Assembly (NCBI RefSeq): GCF_963921235.1
Contig: NC_086108.1
Coordinates: 34,226,001-34,290,000 of the forward strand
Direction: 5' to 3'
Length of the DNA: 64,000 bases
DNA from: Mobula hypostoma
Taxonomy: Eukaryota
Position 1 is the stretch's first letter; every line of letters begins with the position of its first letter. Of the stretch, positions 12,743 to 24,919 are shown piece after piece. The position numbers and the translations under genes were made by a program. The notes beneath the pieces were generated by a model. The model was not told the origin of the DNA. It searched no databases and saw only the letters and a list, made by a program, of their open reading frames with translations.

Positions 12743-13223
12743 AGTATTCTTTCCATTCTTCATTGTGGGCCTGACCAGATTCACGCATAGAATGATTACC
12801 AGCACCTGCCTCAGCAACAACACACTTCCTCTTTAAGAGATATTGGCTAATTTTTTTAGCAGTACAACTAGCTTATAATTGATGTTGGCATGTTTATTGG
12901 CTGGATATTGGGGCCAGGGAACAGTGACATCAATATTATCCACAAGTTAATGAGCAGGCAGTACAAAGCAGGCATTGCAATCAATGGGCACGTGTTAACT
13001 GCACATTTTGATCCCTGTGACTGCTTCAGGAACTTCCAGATACAATGCTAATCCCCTCATTCTGCATCTACTAGTTTCTGTTGGTGCTTAGATCCATACG
13101 CTTTCTCCTACCTCATGAGTAGACACTTCTATTTTTTATTGCTCTCCTGTATTTGTTTATTTGCCACTGAAATCATTGATACTTCTTCTTCTTGTGGTGG
13201 AAAGCCATATTCTGGGTAAAGAT

Positions 13224-13478
13224 AAACACAAGAAAGTCTGCAGATGCTGGAAATCCAAAGCAACACACACAGAATGCTGGAGGAACTCAGCAGGTCAGGC
13301 AGCATCCATGGAAAATAACAAACAGTTGACATTTCAGACCGAAACCTTTCTTCAGGACTGACAAGGAAAGGGGGAAAATATCAGAATACAACAGTGGGGG
13401 GAATGGAAGGAGGATAGCTAGAAGATGATAGGTGAAGCCAGGTAGGTTGGAAAGGTGAAGGGCTAGAGAAGATGGGTA
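13224..13478 (-). mobile_element. Penelope-like terminal-repeat fragment with hammerhead-like core
   Basis: Reverse complement of the tail at 18330-18640. Minus strand 13323-13360 reads cagtc-CTGAAGA-aaggtttcggtct-GAAATGTC-aactg. Confidence 0.8.
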
Positions 13479-14910
13479 AAGATATATCTCCTGAATCCCC
13501 GCTTGACTTAATAGTGATTATTTCATGATCATGCTCTGACACCTCACACATTAAAATTATTTCTGTCTATCTACACAAATGGCTTCAAAGAAATATCCGG
13601 CTACTGTCACCTTAGTGCTTCCTACCCATAACTCAGTCTTCACTCTCTTAACATTACACTTTCTGGAATTCACTGAACAAGATCAATTCATTTCAGATTA
13701 ATTCTACTGCCACATATCTTTCAGGACTGCAAAGGACTTCAATCCTGACTCCTAGTTATAGAGGCAGTGATCAACGATATCCTGTAACAAATTGTGATGA
13801 GTGAAGACGAAGATATTGAATCCATTTGGCATGACCTTTTGCAACCTTTTGTGAAAGACAGTAACTTCAATGTGGAGGTAAGAATGAAGCTGAAGCTGAC
13901 AGTGATTTGAATGCTGCCGCTTAACTGAAGCAGAAAACATGGACAAGTGGATCAGAGGTATACTCACAGCTCTCTATACACAGGCAACAGTCAACTGCAT
14001 AATTGTGTCTCCAAAGCAGGGAAACAAGGACCAGACATAGATCATAATTTAAAATAAATCAAGTTCTGTTGAAATCATGCTAGGGTAAACCTCAGCAAAC
14101 CAGAGCATTTATTCTCAAATCATTCTGATAGCTATTTTTTTTCTGACTGTTAATTAGTTTTTTGTTTTAACATGGTTTAAAAGGAAAATAGAGGTGGGTG
14201 AATGGGGAAGTGAAGAGAAGAACAGCAGCAGCATTGCAGTTAGAGAGGGTCGAACATCAACTTACGTTTAACTCCATTTACACGATAGGTACAAGGAACC
14301 TGTTTTACAGAGGGATCATCAAAGTCAAAGAGATTCCTGGACTTTAATTTTTTTCTGATTTCAACATCTCAAAACTAATTTCCCTGTTAATCTTTACCTG
14401 CAAAATATTGAAGGTTTCCCTGTACTTTATAAATGCCCAGGAAATACTGCCTGATTGTGGTGGCTTGATCATATTCAGTGAGGCCTGACAATTACATGTG
14501 TCTTCTGTAACATACACAATATCTCTGTATGGTCCAGGTGCAGGTCGATGGGACGAGGCAGATTAATAGTTTGGCATGGACTAGATAGGCCGAAGGGCCT
14601 GTTTCCGTACTGTGGTTCTCCATGACTTTATGATTGTAAGAACAAAGATAAAACAAGGAGAGCGAAGGTGGGGATAAGTACAGGCAAAGAAAGGAAATAT
14701 GGGTCAAGACTTCAGAATAACCTCAAGAGAAAAAGGAAGCAATTTGGCACAAACGTATGCATAATCATCATTATTTGTTATTGCAAACATTCCAGCGTAT
14801 GTTATTTTCTTGCTACTTAACAATATTCTAAATGCAAAGGTATTTTAAAAATAATAAGTAAATAATTATACAGATGAATCCAGAACCACTTTTATTCTAG
14901 AAGCATCTTG

Positions 14911-15105
14911 TACCTCTTCCTCCCCTCCCCCAGCCCTGCCTTCTGGCTCCGACTTCTCATCTTTTTTTCCGGTCCTGATGAAGGGTCTCGGCCTTAAGTG
15001 TTGACTGTTTACTCTCTTCCATAGATGTTGCCTGGCCTGCTGAGATCCCCCAGCATCTTGTGTGTGTTGCTTGGATTTCTGTCATCTGCAGATTTTCTCA
15101 TGTTT
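14911..15105 (+). mobile_element. Penelope-like terminal-repeat fragment
   Basis: ggtcCTGATGAagggtctcggcc...gatgttgcctggcctgctgag...catctgcagattttctcatgttt. The hammerhead GAAA is mutated. Confidence 0.8.
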
Positions 15106-16049
15106 ACTCTAATTTTTCTAGTTTTCAGCAAAGTTTTGCTTTGTTGTTCTTTGAACATTTCTGTTCTCTATGTTCAAAGTGCAGAAACATAAAGTATTGT
15201 CATTATAAAACTGCCCACAAAACAACATCAAGGATTATTCCTGCAGAAATGGCATATTAAACTCTTTAAACCGATTAGACCACTCAGGCAGTTCTGGCCC
15301 TTTTAGTTATAAAAAAGATTAGAATAGGTTCCCCTTTACTTCCAAGTCAACCAGCAAAGAAATAGCTTTGAAACCACTGGGTTTCAGATTCTACCCTAGG
15401 TCTTATCTGATAGAAGATCCCAGAGATGATTTCCCCATTGCAGTCTTGAGGAATCCCAGCAAGATGGGATTCCCTGGGAAGGCCACAGTGCATGTAGTGA
15501 GAGATGCAATCCCTTGAAACAGTATTCCCTACACATATACAGTCAGGACCTATTTCAATTCAGAATGCTGAATGCTGGCATTTCCTTCAAAATCATAAGC
15601 GACATCCATCAAGATTTGAAAATGTGTCCTTTGATTGCTGACCCTCCAAAGCAATGTATTCAACTAGATTCCATCAACATTAGAACACATCAATTAGTCT
15701 CCACTTAATCATTATTACCCTGGAAGAGCAGCATGGATTGATGTAATTTTCAAAATAACTCTTACCCTTTGAAATATTCCAGGAAACTTCTTCTGTCATC
15801 TCCAGCTCTGTAACACCTTGCTGCATTCTTGTTCCTAGAACTAATCACAGCTAGAAACCAAACAATAAAATAACCCGTCTCCAGAAACATTGTACTCATT
15901 CAAGCAATTTTAATCATTTTGCTGCTTTGTAATAAACAAAATTTTGACTGCCCCTTTGCTGAAATTTACTCTGGCACATATTAGTGATACAGTCAATATC
16001 CTAGAGTCAAATTTACAACCAATGAATGCAGACCAGCATATTCCTGTAC

Positions 16050-16530
16050 AACACACAGAAAATGTTGGAGGAACTTAGCAGGTCAGGCAGCATCTACGAA
16101 AATAAGTAAACAGTCGACATTTTGGGCCGAGGTCTGAAGAGGAAGGGGGGAGGTGCTAGAATGAAAAGGGGGGAGGGAGGAGGGGAAGGAGGCTAGCTGG
16201 AAAGTGATAGGTAAAGCTATGTGGGTAGGAAAGGTAAAGGGCTGGAGCAGAAGGAATGTGATAGGAGAAGAAAGTGGACCATAGGAGAAAAGGGAAGGAA
16301 GAGGGGACCCTGGTTGAAGTGATAGGCTGGTGAGAAGAGGTAAAAGGCCAGAGTGGGGAACAGAGGAAGAGGGGAGGGGAAGGGAATTTATTTTTTACCA
16401 GGAGAAATCAATATTCATGCCATCAGGATGGAAGCTACCCAGAAAGAATATAAGGTGTTGCTCCTCCACCCTGAGGACACTTTGAGATGGGAATAGGAAT
16501 TAGAATTAAAATGTTTGGCCACCAGGAAGC
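16050..16530 (-). mobile_element. Older Penelope-like 3' fragment, inverted relative to the adjacent copy
   Basis: Reverse complement of the tail and GIY-YIG C-terminal region (atgtttggccaccaggaag). Confidence 0.75.
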
Positions 16531-16627
16531 TTGTGTGTTTAGGGCATAATCTGGAGTTATGGAAAACATTAACTTCAACAGCAATTAGTGTTCAGACGTT
16601 AGTGAATTTAAAATACAGCTCAGAACA

Positions 16628-18301
16628 ATGGTGTTCTTGGAGCTGTGGACAGAGGTCAGTTGCAAACCAACACTCATTCGCTCAGGAGATCTCCCATCCA
16701 CTGCTACCAACCTTATAGCTCCCACACCTCGCACTTCCCGTTTCTACCTCCTACCCAAGATCCACAAACCTGCCTGTCCTGGCAGACCTATTGTCTCAGC
16801 TTGCTCCTGCCCCACCGAACTCATTTCTGCATACCTCGACACGGTTTTATCCCCCCTTGTTCAATCCCTTCCGACCTATGTTCGTGACACTTCTCACGCT
16901 CTTAAACTTTTCGATGATTTTAAGTTCCCTGGCCCCCACCGCTTTATTTTCACCATGGATGTCCAGTCCCTATATACTTCCATCCCCCATCAGGAAGATC
17001 TCAAAGCTCTACGCTTCTTTTTGGATTCCAGACCTAATCAGTTCCCCTCTACCACCACTCTGCTCCGTCTAGCGGAATTAGTCCTTACTCTTAATAATTT
17101 CTCCTTTGGCTCCTCCCACTTCCTCCAAACTAGAGGTGTAGCTATGGGCACCCGTATGGGTCCTAGCTATGCCTGCCTTTTTGTTGGCTTTGTGGAACAA
17201 TCTATGTTCCAAACCTATTCTGGTATCTGTCCCCCACTTCTCCTTCACTACATCGATGACTGCATTGGCGCTGCTTCCTGCACGCATGCAGAGCTCATTG
17301 ACTTTATTAACTTTGCCTCCAACTATCACCCTGCCCTCAAGTTTACCTGGTCCATTTCCGACACCTCCCTCCCCTTTCTAGATCTTTCTGTCTCTGTCTC
17401 TGGAGACAGCTTATCCACTGATGTCTACTATAAGCCTACTGACTCTCACAGCTATCTGGACTATTCCTCTTCTCACCCTGTCTCTTGCAAAAATGCCATC
17501 CCCTTCTCACAATCCCTCCATCTCTGCTGCATCTGCTCTCAGGATGAGGCTTTTCATTCTAGGACGAGGGAGATGTCCTCCTTTTTTAAAGAAAGGGGCT
17601 TCCCTTCCTCTACTATCAACTCTGCTCTCAAACGCATCTCCCCCATTTCACGTACATCTGCTCTCACTCCATCCTCCCACCACCCCACCAGGAATAGGGT
17701 TCCCCTTGTCCTCACCTACCACCCCACCAGCCTCCGGGTCCAACATATTATTCTCAGTAACTTCCGCCAACTCCAACGGGATCCCACCACTAAGCACATC
17801 TTTCCCTCCCCCCCCACCTCTGCTTTCCGCAGGGATCGCTCCCTACGCAACTCCCTTGTCCATTCGTCCCCCCCATCCCTCCCCACTGATCTCCCTCCTG
17901 GCACTTATCCGTGTAAGCGGAACAAGTGCTACACATGCCCTTACACTTCCTCCCTTACCACCATTCAGGGCCCCAAACAGTCCTTCCAGGTGAGGCAACA
18001 CTTCACCTGTGAGTCGGCTGGGGTGATATACTGCGTCCGGTTCTCCCAATGTGGCCTTTTATATATTGGCGAGACCCAACGCAGACTGGGAGACCGCCTT
18101 GCTGAACATCTACGCTCTGTCCACCAGAGAAAGCAGGATCTCCCAGTGGCCACACATTTTAATTCCACACCCCATTCCCATTCTGACCTGTCTATCCACG
18201 GCCTCCTCTACTGCCTACCTCCCCCTCGTACCCCATCTGTTATTTATTTTTATACACACATTCTTTCTCTCACTCTCCTTTTTCTCCCTCTGTCCCTCTG
18301 A
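16628..18301 (+). CDS. Penelope-type reverse transcriptase / GIY-YIG endonuclease (N-truncated; ATG and first codons come from flanking DNA; C-terminus lost near 18215)
   Basis: 557-aa ORF with FYLLPKIHK, MDVQSLYTSIP, GVAMG, YIDD, Cys linker CKRNKCYTC and VIYC...LYIGETQRRLGDRLAEH. Confidence 0.85.
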   Translation: MVFLELWTEVSCKPTLIRSGDLPSTATNLIAPTPRTSRFYLLPKIHKPACPGRPIVSACSCPTELISAYLDTVLSPLVQSLPTYVRDTSHALKLFDDFKFPGPHRFIFTMDVQSLYTSIPHQEDLKALRFFLDSRPNQFPSTTTLLRLAELVLTLNNFSFGSSHFLQTRGVAMGTRMGPSYACLFVGFVEQSMFQTYSGICPPLLLHYIDDCIGAASCTHAELIDFINFASNYHPALKFTWSISDTSLPFLDLSVSVSGDSLSTDVYYKPTDSHSYLDYSSSHPVSCKNAIPFSQSLHLCCICSQDEAFHSRTREMSSFFKERGFPSSTINSALKRISPISRTSALTPSSHHPTRNRVPLVLTYHPTSLRVQHIILSNFRQLQRDPTTKHIFPSPPTSAFRRDRSLRNSLVHSSPPSLPTDLPPGTYPCKRNKCYTCPYTSSLTTIQGPKQSFQVRQHFTCESAGVIYCVRFSQCGLLYIGETQRRLGDRLAEHLRSVHQRKQDLPVATHFNSTPHSHSDLSIHGLLYCLPPPRTPSVIYFYTHILSLTLLFLPLSL

Positions 18302-18640
18302 ATATACCCCTTGCCCATCCTCTGGGTTCCCCCCGCCCTTGTCTTTCTTCCCGGACCTCCTGTCCCATGTTCCTCTCGTATCCCTTTTGCCAATCACCTG
18401 TCCAGCTCTTGGCTCCATCCCTTCCCCTCCTGTCTTCTCCTATCATTTTGGATCTCCCCCTCCCCCTCCCACTTTCAAATCTCTTACTAACTCTTCCTTC
18501 AGTTAGTCCTGACGAAGGGTCTTGGCCTGAAACATCAACTGTACCTCTTCCTAGAGATGCTGCCTGGCCTGCTGCATTTAGCAGCAACTTTGATATGTGT
18601 TGCTTGAATTTCCAGCATCTGCGGAATTCCTGTTGTTTGT
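16680..18640 (+). mobile_element. Penelope-like retroelement (Neptune-type), 5'-truncated
   Basis: RT + GIY-YIG coding region followed by a pyrimidine-rich tail and hammerhead motif. Flanked by the 8-bp direct repeat ACTCATTC (16672-16679, 18641-18648). Confidence 0.92.
18504..18541 (+). ncRNA. Minimal type I hammerhead ribozyme motif in the Penelope tail
   Basis: tagtc-CTGACGA-agggtcttggcct-GAAACATC-aactg: core boxes, stem II, degenerate stem I, almost no stem III. Such motifs are known in Penelope-like elements. Confidence 0.6.
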
Positions 18641-18963
18641 ACTCATTCACATGAGATGTCTTGCATGAAGGCAGCTCAGAGACAACAGTGATTAGTGTTC
18701 ATTTTGAGTGTCTGGAGTGCTGGTGTGAAGATCTAGGTATTTGAAAATTAATGTAATTCAAAGGAAGCGTTGTGGATACGTTGTAACTGTAGAATTGTCC
18801 TACTGTTACCGTTGACCTTGAGTATATAAAAATGTCACGTAATATCGGATCAGGGAGCCTCTTCCTCCAAGAGTGTCTGCAGTTTGATACCTGCTTTTGC
18901 TGAATAAACACATCTATAACCACCAGCTTCAGTGTCCCTCCAGTGACTTCATTCACAGTCACA

Positions 18964-19372
18964 ACAGGTGGATGGAGTGGAGGTGCTCGGTGAAGCAGTC
19001 CCCCAGTTTGCGACAGATCTCACCAATGTAGTGGAGGCCATTTCGGGAGTATTGGACACAACAGATTCACAGGTGGTGTGCTGCCTCACCTGGAAGGACT
19101 GCTTGGGGCACTGAGTGGAGGCGAGGGAGGAAGTGACTGGGCAGGCGTAGCACTTGGTCCATTTGCAGGGATAAGTGCTGGGAGGGAGATTAGTGGGGAG
19201 GGAGCAATCCCCGTGGAAAGCAGAGATGGGGGGTGGGGGTGAAGTAAAGATATATTTAGTAGTGGGATCCCTTTGGAGATGGCTGAATGTGTGGGGGAGG
19301 GGGTGATGTGCTGGATGCAGAGGCTGATGGAGTGGTAGGTAAGGACAAGAGGAACGCTCTCTATCCTGCACT
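18964..19372 (-). mobile_element. Degraded Penelope-like fragment (linker and GIY-YIG)
   Basis: ORF 18949-19371: HLQRDPTTKYIF...YPCKWTKCYAC...QSFQVRQH. Confidence 0.8.
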
Positions 19373-20059
19373 GTCTTACAGGCATAAAATAACTTCCCAT
19401 GAATGAAGGCCGATGATTTGACTCCCTATCCTTCCCTACAGTCATCACTCTCAAACTGGAACTACAACCATTCCTTCCTCTCATTTATTTATTCCTACAT
19501 CAACTTCTAGTCAAGCTGACAACAAATCACAAGAACAACTTGTTCTTAGCTGGCATAAATATAAGCCTCAACAAATATATTGTTTTTATCTGAGGCTTTT
19601 ATAATTAAATTTTGTTTGTTAACATGTCTGATTAATTGAAGAGACCTTCCAGTCTTTAATTTGTTGAGGCAGGAAGGAGAAGAAAAACAGATTTCTGACA
19701 AATACAGCTTAAAGTGGTTGAAGGTGACACACACTGTTGATTGTCAAATGTTCGGAACAATTTGTTCCCAGCCATTAAAATTTCAAGTTGAAACTCATTA
19801 TTATTTGAATGGAGGATAATTGGATATTGCAACATGTCTATTCACCATTTCTTCCTTACTCATAGATGTCACAAAAGCAAAACTGTCCACTCCTGAATAT
19901 ACCACCAATGGTTATTTTTAATTAAGTTTCATTTTCAATTAAGCTTTGAATTAAATTAAAATTCCCTTTTTATTCAGCTCTCAAATTTTCAGTTCAAGCA
20001 CTTGGACTATTTTCTCCCCAAGCTCATGCATTGAAGTCTTCTTCAAGTAAATTTAGATT

Positions 20060-20820
20060 TATTTGATCAAGTATATAACATGGAACAATGCAGCACAGGA
20101 ACAGGCCCTTCAGCCCAACATATTTGCGCTAGATATGATGCTAATCCCATCTTCCTGCACATGGTCTGCATCTCTTTATTCTCTGCCTTTGCCATTTCCT
20201 CTTACCTGTTGCTATTGTATCTGTTTCTACCACCTCACCTGCCAGTGTTGTCCAGGTACCTACCATTTACTGTGCAAAACAATTTGCCTCCACGTCTCCT
20301 TATCTATATCTCTCATAATTTTATAAACTACTATCAAATTGACCCCCAGCCTCTGACTCTCCAGAGAAAACAGTCCAAGTTTCTCCAATATCTACTTATA
20401 CTTAAACCCTGTATCCAGGCAATGATGAGATTCTTATGTACCCTTTTCAAAGCCTCTGCATCCTTCTTAAAGTGTGGATACTCCAAATGTGACCAGGCCA
20501 ATGTTTTGTACTGTAGAAACATGATTTCATAGCTTTTATACAGAATGTCCCAAATAATAAAAGCAACCATGTTGTATGTTTTCTTTACCACAGTATCCAC
20601 TTGTGCTACCACATTCAAGGAGCTATGGACTTGCATCCCATGATCCCTTTATACATCAATGCTCCTAAAGAAATTGCTATTTACCATATTTTCCTCATGC
20701 ATTTCACCTCCCAAAATGCAACATCTCACATTTGTTCAGATTGTTCCATCTGCCATTTCAAACTGTTCCTTGCTGAATGATTTGACAACCATCCTCGTCT
20801 TCTGCAATTCCACCAATTCT
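20060..20820 (-). mobile_element. Degraded CR1 LINE 3' fragment
   Basis: ORF 20334-20636: QVDTVVKK...LQYKTLAWSHLEY...ALKRVHK. Confidence 0.75.
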
Positions 20821-20827
20821 CATGCTA

Positions 20828-20976
20828 AGACCATAAGATATAGGAGCAGAACTTGGCCATCTGGCCCATTGAGTCTGCTCTGCCATTTCATCATGGCTGA
20901 TCCATTTTTCCTCACAGCCCCAATCTCCTGCCTTCCCTCTGTATCTCTTCATGCCCTGACCAATCAAAAATCTATC
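20828..20976 (-). mobile_element. CR1 3' end fragment
   Basis: aagaccataagatataggagcagaacttggccat is the reverse complement of the CR1 tail (compare 24230-24287). Confidence 0.75.
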
Positions 20977-21111
20977 AACACTCAAAACACGCTGGAGGAA
21001 CTCAGCAGGTCGGGCAGCATCCTGACGAAGGGTTCCGGTCTGAAACGTCGACTGATCTTTTTCACGGATGCTGCCTGACCTGCTGAGTTCCACCAACTTG
21101 TTGTGAGTGTT
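20977..21111. mobile_element. Fold-back micro-element derived from a Penelope tail, with hammerhead core in the loop
   Basis: Imperfect ~45-bp inverted arms (aacactca...gaactcagcaggtcgggcagcatc / gatgctgcctgacctgctgagttc...tgagtgtt) enclose CTGACGA-agggttccggtct-GAAACGTC-gactg. Confidence 0.7.
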
Positions 21112-21765
21112 CCTCTGTCAGTTCCTCTTCTATGACCAAGCCAATTTTGGATCCAACTTATCTTTTCACTGTGATTCCCATTCCAGTCGTCATCAATCAT
21201 TTTCATCACTTTCTTGATAAATTCTATCAAATTTATGTTACAACTTCTGTACAAAGCCAAAGATGTAACAATTAATAGGTTAACAAGCCATTGTAAATTG
21301 TCCTGTGATTAGGCCAGTTTTTAAATAAATGAGTTGCTGGACGACATGGCTCATTGGGCTGGAAGGGCTTGTTCCGCACTGTATCTCTAAACAAAATAAA
21401 TATATATAAATAAAGCCATGTTATCTCTATGTCCATGCTTTTCCAAATGTGAGCAAATCTGTACCTAAGAATCTTCCCCTATCACTGATGTAAAGCTCAC
21501 TGGCTTATAATTTCCCAAATTTTCCCTAATATATCTTAAACAAAGGAATATGACCTATTAAGTGTGCCCCAGCATTCCATCATGGCTGACTTGTTAACCC
21601 TCTCAACCCCATTCTCCTGCTTTTTCCCCATAACCTTTGGTGCCCTGACAAATCAAGAACTTACCAACATTTGCTTTAAATTCCTAATGACTTGGCTCCA
21701 CAACCATCTGAGATAATGAATTCCACAGATTCACCATCCTCTAGATAAAGAAATTTCTCCTCCTC

Positions 21766-24287
21766 TAGAAAAGGCTTGTCAGAAGGGTAGTGTTATGATA
21801 ATTGTGGGGGATTTTAACATGCGAGTGGATTGGGAAAATCAGGTCGGCACCGGATCTCAAGGGAGAGAATTTGTAGAATGTCTGCGAGATGGCTTTTTAG
21901 AACAGCTTGTTGTTGAGCCCACTAGGGGATCGGCTGTACTGGATTGGGTATTGTGTAATGAACCAGAGGTGATTAGAGAGATTGAAGTGAAGGAACCCTT
22001 AGGAGGCAGTAATCATAACATGATTGAGTTCACTGTGAAATTTGAAAAAGAGAAGCCGAAATCTGATGTGTTGGTATTTCAGTGGAGTAAAGGAAATTAC
22101 AGTGACATGAGAGAGGAACTGGCCAAAGTTGACTGGAAAGGGACACTGGCGGGAAAGACAGCAGAGCAGCAGTGGCTGGAGTTTATGCGAGAAGTGAGGA
22201 AGGTGCAAGACAGGTATATTCCAGAAAAGAAGAAATTTTCGAATAGTAAAAGGATGCAACCGTGGTTAACAAGAGAAGTCAAAGTCAAAGTTAAAGCAAA
22301 GGAGAGGGCATACAAGGAAGCAAAAAATAGTGGGAAGACAGAGGATTAGGAAGTTTTTAAAAGCTTACAAAAGGAAACTAATAAGGTCATTAAGAGGGAA
22401 AAGATTAACTATGAAAGGAAGCTAGCAAATAATATCAAAGAGGATACTAAGAGCCTTTTCAGGTATACAAAGAGTAAAAGACAGGTGAGAGTAGATATAG
22501 GACTGATAGAAAATGAGGCTGGAGAAATTGTAATGGGAGATAAGGAGATGGCAGAGGAACTGAACGGGTATTTTGCATCAGTCTTCACTGAGGAAGACAT
22601 CAGCAGTATACCGGACACTCAAGGGTGGCAGGGAAGAGAAGTGTGTGCAGTCACAATTACGACAGAGAAAGTACTCAGGAAGCTGAATAGTCTAAAGGTA
22701 GATAAATCTCCCGGACCAGATGGAATGCACCCACATGTTCTGAAGGAAGTAGCTGTGGAGATTGCGGAGGCATTAGCGATGATCTTTCAAAAGTCGATAG
22801 ATTCTGGCATGGTTCCGGAGGACTGGAAGATTGCAAATGACACTCCGCTATTTAAGAAGGGGGCAAGGAAGCAAAAAGGAAATTAGAGACTTGTTAGCTT
22901 GACATTGGTGGTTGGGAAGTTGTTGGAGTCGATTGTCAAGGATGAGGTTACAGAGGACCTGGAGGCATATGACGAGATAGGCAGAACTCAGCATGGATTC
23001 CTTAAAGGAAAATCCTATCTGACAAACCTATTACAATTTTTTGAGGAAATTACCAGTAGGCTAGACAAGGGAGTTGCAGTGGATGTTGTATATTTGGATT
23101 TTCAGAAGGCCTTTGACAAGGTGCCACACATGAGGCTACTTAACAAGATAAGAGCCCATGGAATTATGGGAAAGTTACATACGTGGATAGAGCATTGGCT
23201 GATTGGCAGGAAACAGAGAGTGGGAATAAAGGGATCCTATTCTGGTTGGATGCTGGTTACCAGTGGTGTTCCACAGGGGTCCGTGTTGGGGCTGCTTCTT
23301 TTTACATTGTACATCAACGATTTGGATTATGGAATAGATGGCTTTGTGGCTAAGTTTGCTGATGATATGAAGATAGGTGGAGGGGCTGGTAGTGCTGAGG
23401 AAACGGAGAGTCTGCAGAGAGACTTGGATAGATTGGAAGAATGGACAAAGAATTGGCAAATGAAATACAATGTTGGAAAGTATATGGTTATGCACTTTGG
23501 CAGAAGAAATAAATGGGCAGACTATTATTTAAATGGGGAAAGAATTCAAAGTTCTGTGATGCAACGGGACTTGGGAGTCCTTGTACAGGATACCCTAAAG
23601 GTTAACCTCCAGGTTGAGTCTGTAGTGAAGAAGGCGAATGCAATGTTGGCATTCATTTCTAGAGGAATAGAGTATAGGAGCAGGGATGTGATGTTGAGGC
23701 TCCATAAGGCACCGGTGAGACCTCACTTGGAGTACTGTGGGCAGTTTTGGGCTCCTTATTTAAGAAAGATGTGCTGACGTTGGAGAAGGTACAGAGAAGA
23801 TTTACTAGAATGATTCTGGGAATGAGATGGTTAACATATGAGGAACGTTTGTCTGCTCTTGGACTGTATTCCTTGGAGTTTAGAAGAATGAGGGGAGACC
23901 TCAGGAACATTTTGAATGTTGAAAGGCATGGACAGAGTGGATGTGGCAAAGTTGTTTCCCATGATGGGGTAGTCTAGTACGAGAGGGCATGACTTAAGGA
24001 TTGAAGGGCGCCCATTCAGAACAGAAATGCGAAGAAATTTTTTTAGCCACAGGGTGGTGAATCTATGGAATTTGTTGCCATGGGCAGCAGTGGAGGCCAA
24101 GTCATTGGGTGTATTTAAGGAAGAGATTGATAGGTATCTGAGTAGGCAGGGCATCAAAGGTTATGGTGAGAAGGCGGGGGAGTGGGACTAAATGGGAGAA
24201 TGGATCAGCTGATGATAAAATGGCGGAGCAGACTCGATGGGCCGAATGGCCGACTTCTGCTACTTTGTCTTATGGTCTTATGGTCTT
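21766..24287 (+). mobile_element. CR1 LINE, 5'-truncated; ORF2 (APE + RT) with stops and frameshifts
   Basis: GDFN, LDWVLCN, KSPGPDG, QHGF, YLDFQKAFDKVPH, SGVPQGSVLG, KFADD in ORFs 21795-23977. Tail repeats tcttatggtcttatggtctt. Confidence 0.93.
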
Positions 24288-24370
24288 TTCTAAATGGATA
24301 TCCCTCTGCTCTAAGGCTGTGGTCTCTGGTCCGAGACTCTCCACTATAGCAATCATCCTCTCTACATCCA

Positions 24371-24702
24371 GTGTAGGGATTTTGAGGCGTTGATCGTGTG
24401 GATAGTCAGAGGCTTTTTTCCCAGGCCTGGAATGGCTATCACAAGAGGGCACAGTTTTAAGGTGCTTGGAAGTAGGTACAGAGGAGATATCAGGGTAAGT
24501 TTTTTACACAGAAAGTGCTGAGTGTGTAGAATGGGCTGCCAGCAATGTTGGTGGAGGCAGATACAATAGGGTCTTTTAAAAGACTCTTGGATAGGTACAT
24601 GGAGCTTAGAAAAATAAAGGGCTACGGGTAACCGTGGGTAATTTCTAAAGTAAGTACATGTTTGGCACAGCATTGTGGCTGCAGGTTTTCTATGTTTCTA
24701 TC
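24371..24702 (+). mobile_element. CR1 3' end fragment of a different subfamily
   Basis: ggcacagttttaaggtgcttggaagtaggtacagaggagat...ttctatgtttcta. Confidence 0.7.
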
Positions 24703-24919
24703 TAGACCTTTCAAAATTCAAAAGGTTTAAATGAGATACCCCTCATTCTACTAAACTACAATGAGTACAGGCCCAGAGCTACCAAATGCTCCTCAAACGT
24801 TAACCCCTTGATTCCCTGTATCATTCTTGTAAAACTCCTCTGGACCCTAACGAATGCTAGCACATCTTTTCTTAGATAAGGGGCACAAAAATGTTCACAA
24901 TATTCTGTGTGGTCTAACC

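Noticed and set aside
13758..13910. MSEDEDIESIWHDLLQPFVKDSNFNVE|gtaaga exon-like frame on the + strand
   Set aside because: No recognisable homology, and an in-frame stop lies just upstream. Not distinguishable from chance or a decayed transposon.
16050..19372. A single Penelope element with inverted terminal repeats on both sides
   Set aside because: The flanking inverted fragments are much more diverged and are separated from the central copy by unrelated DNA. The central copy has its own 8-bp flanking repeat, so these are independent insertions.
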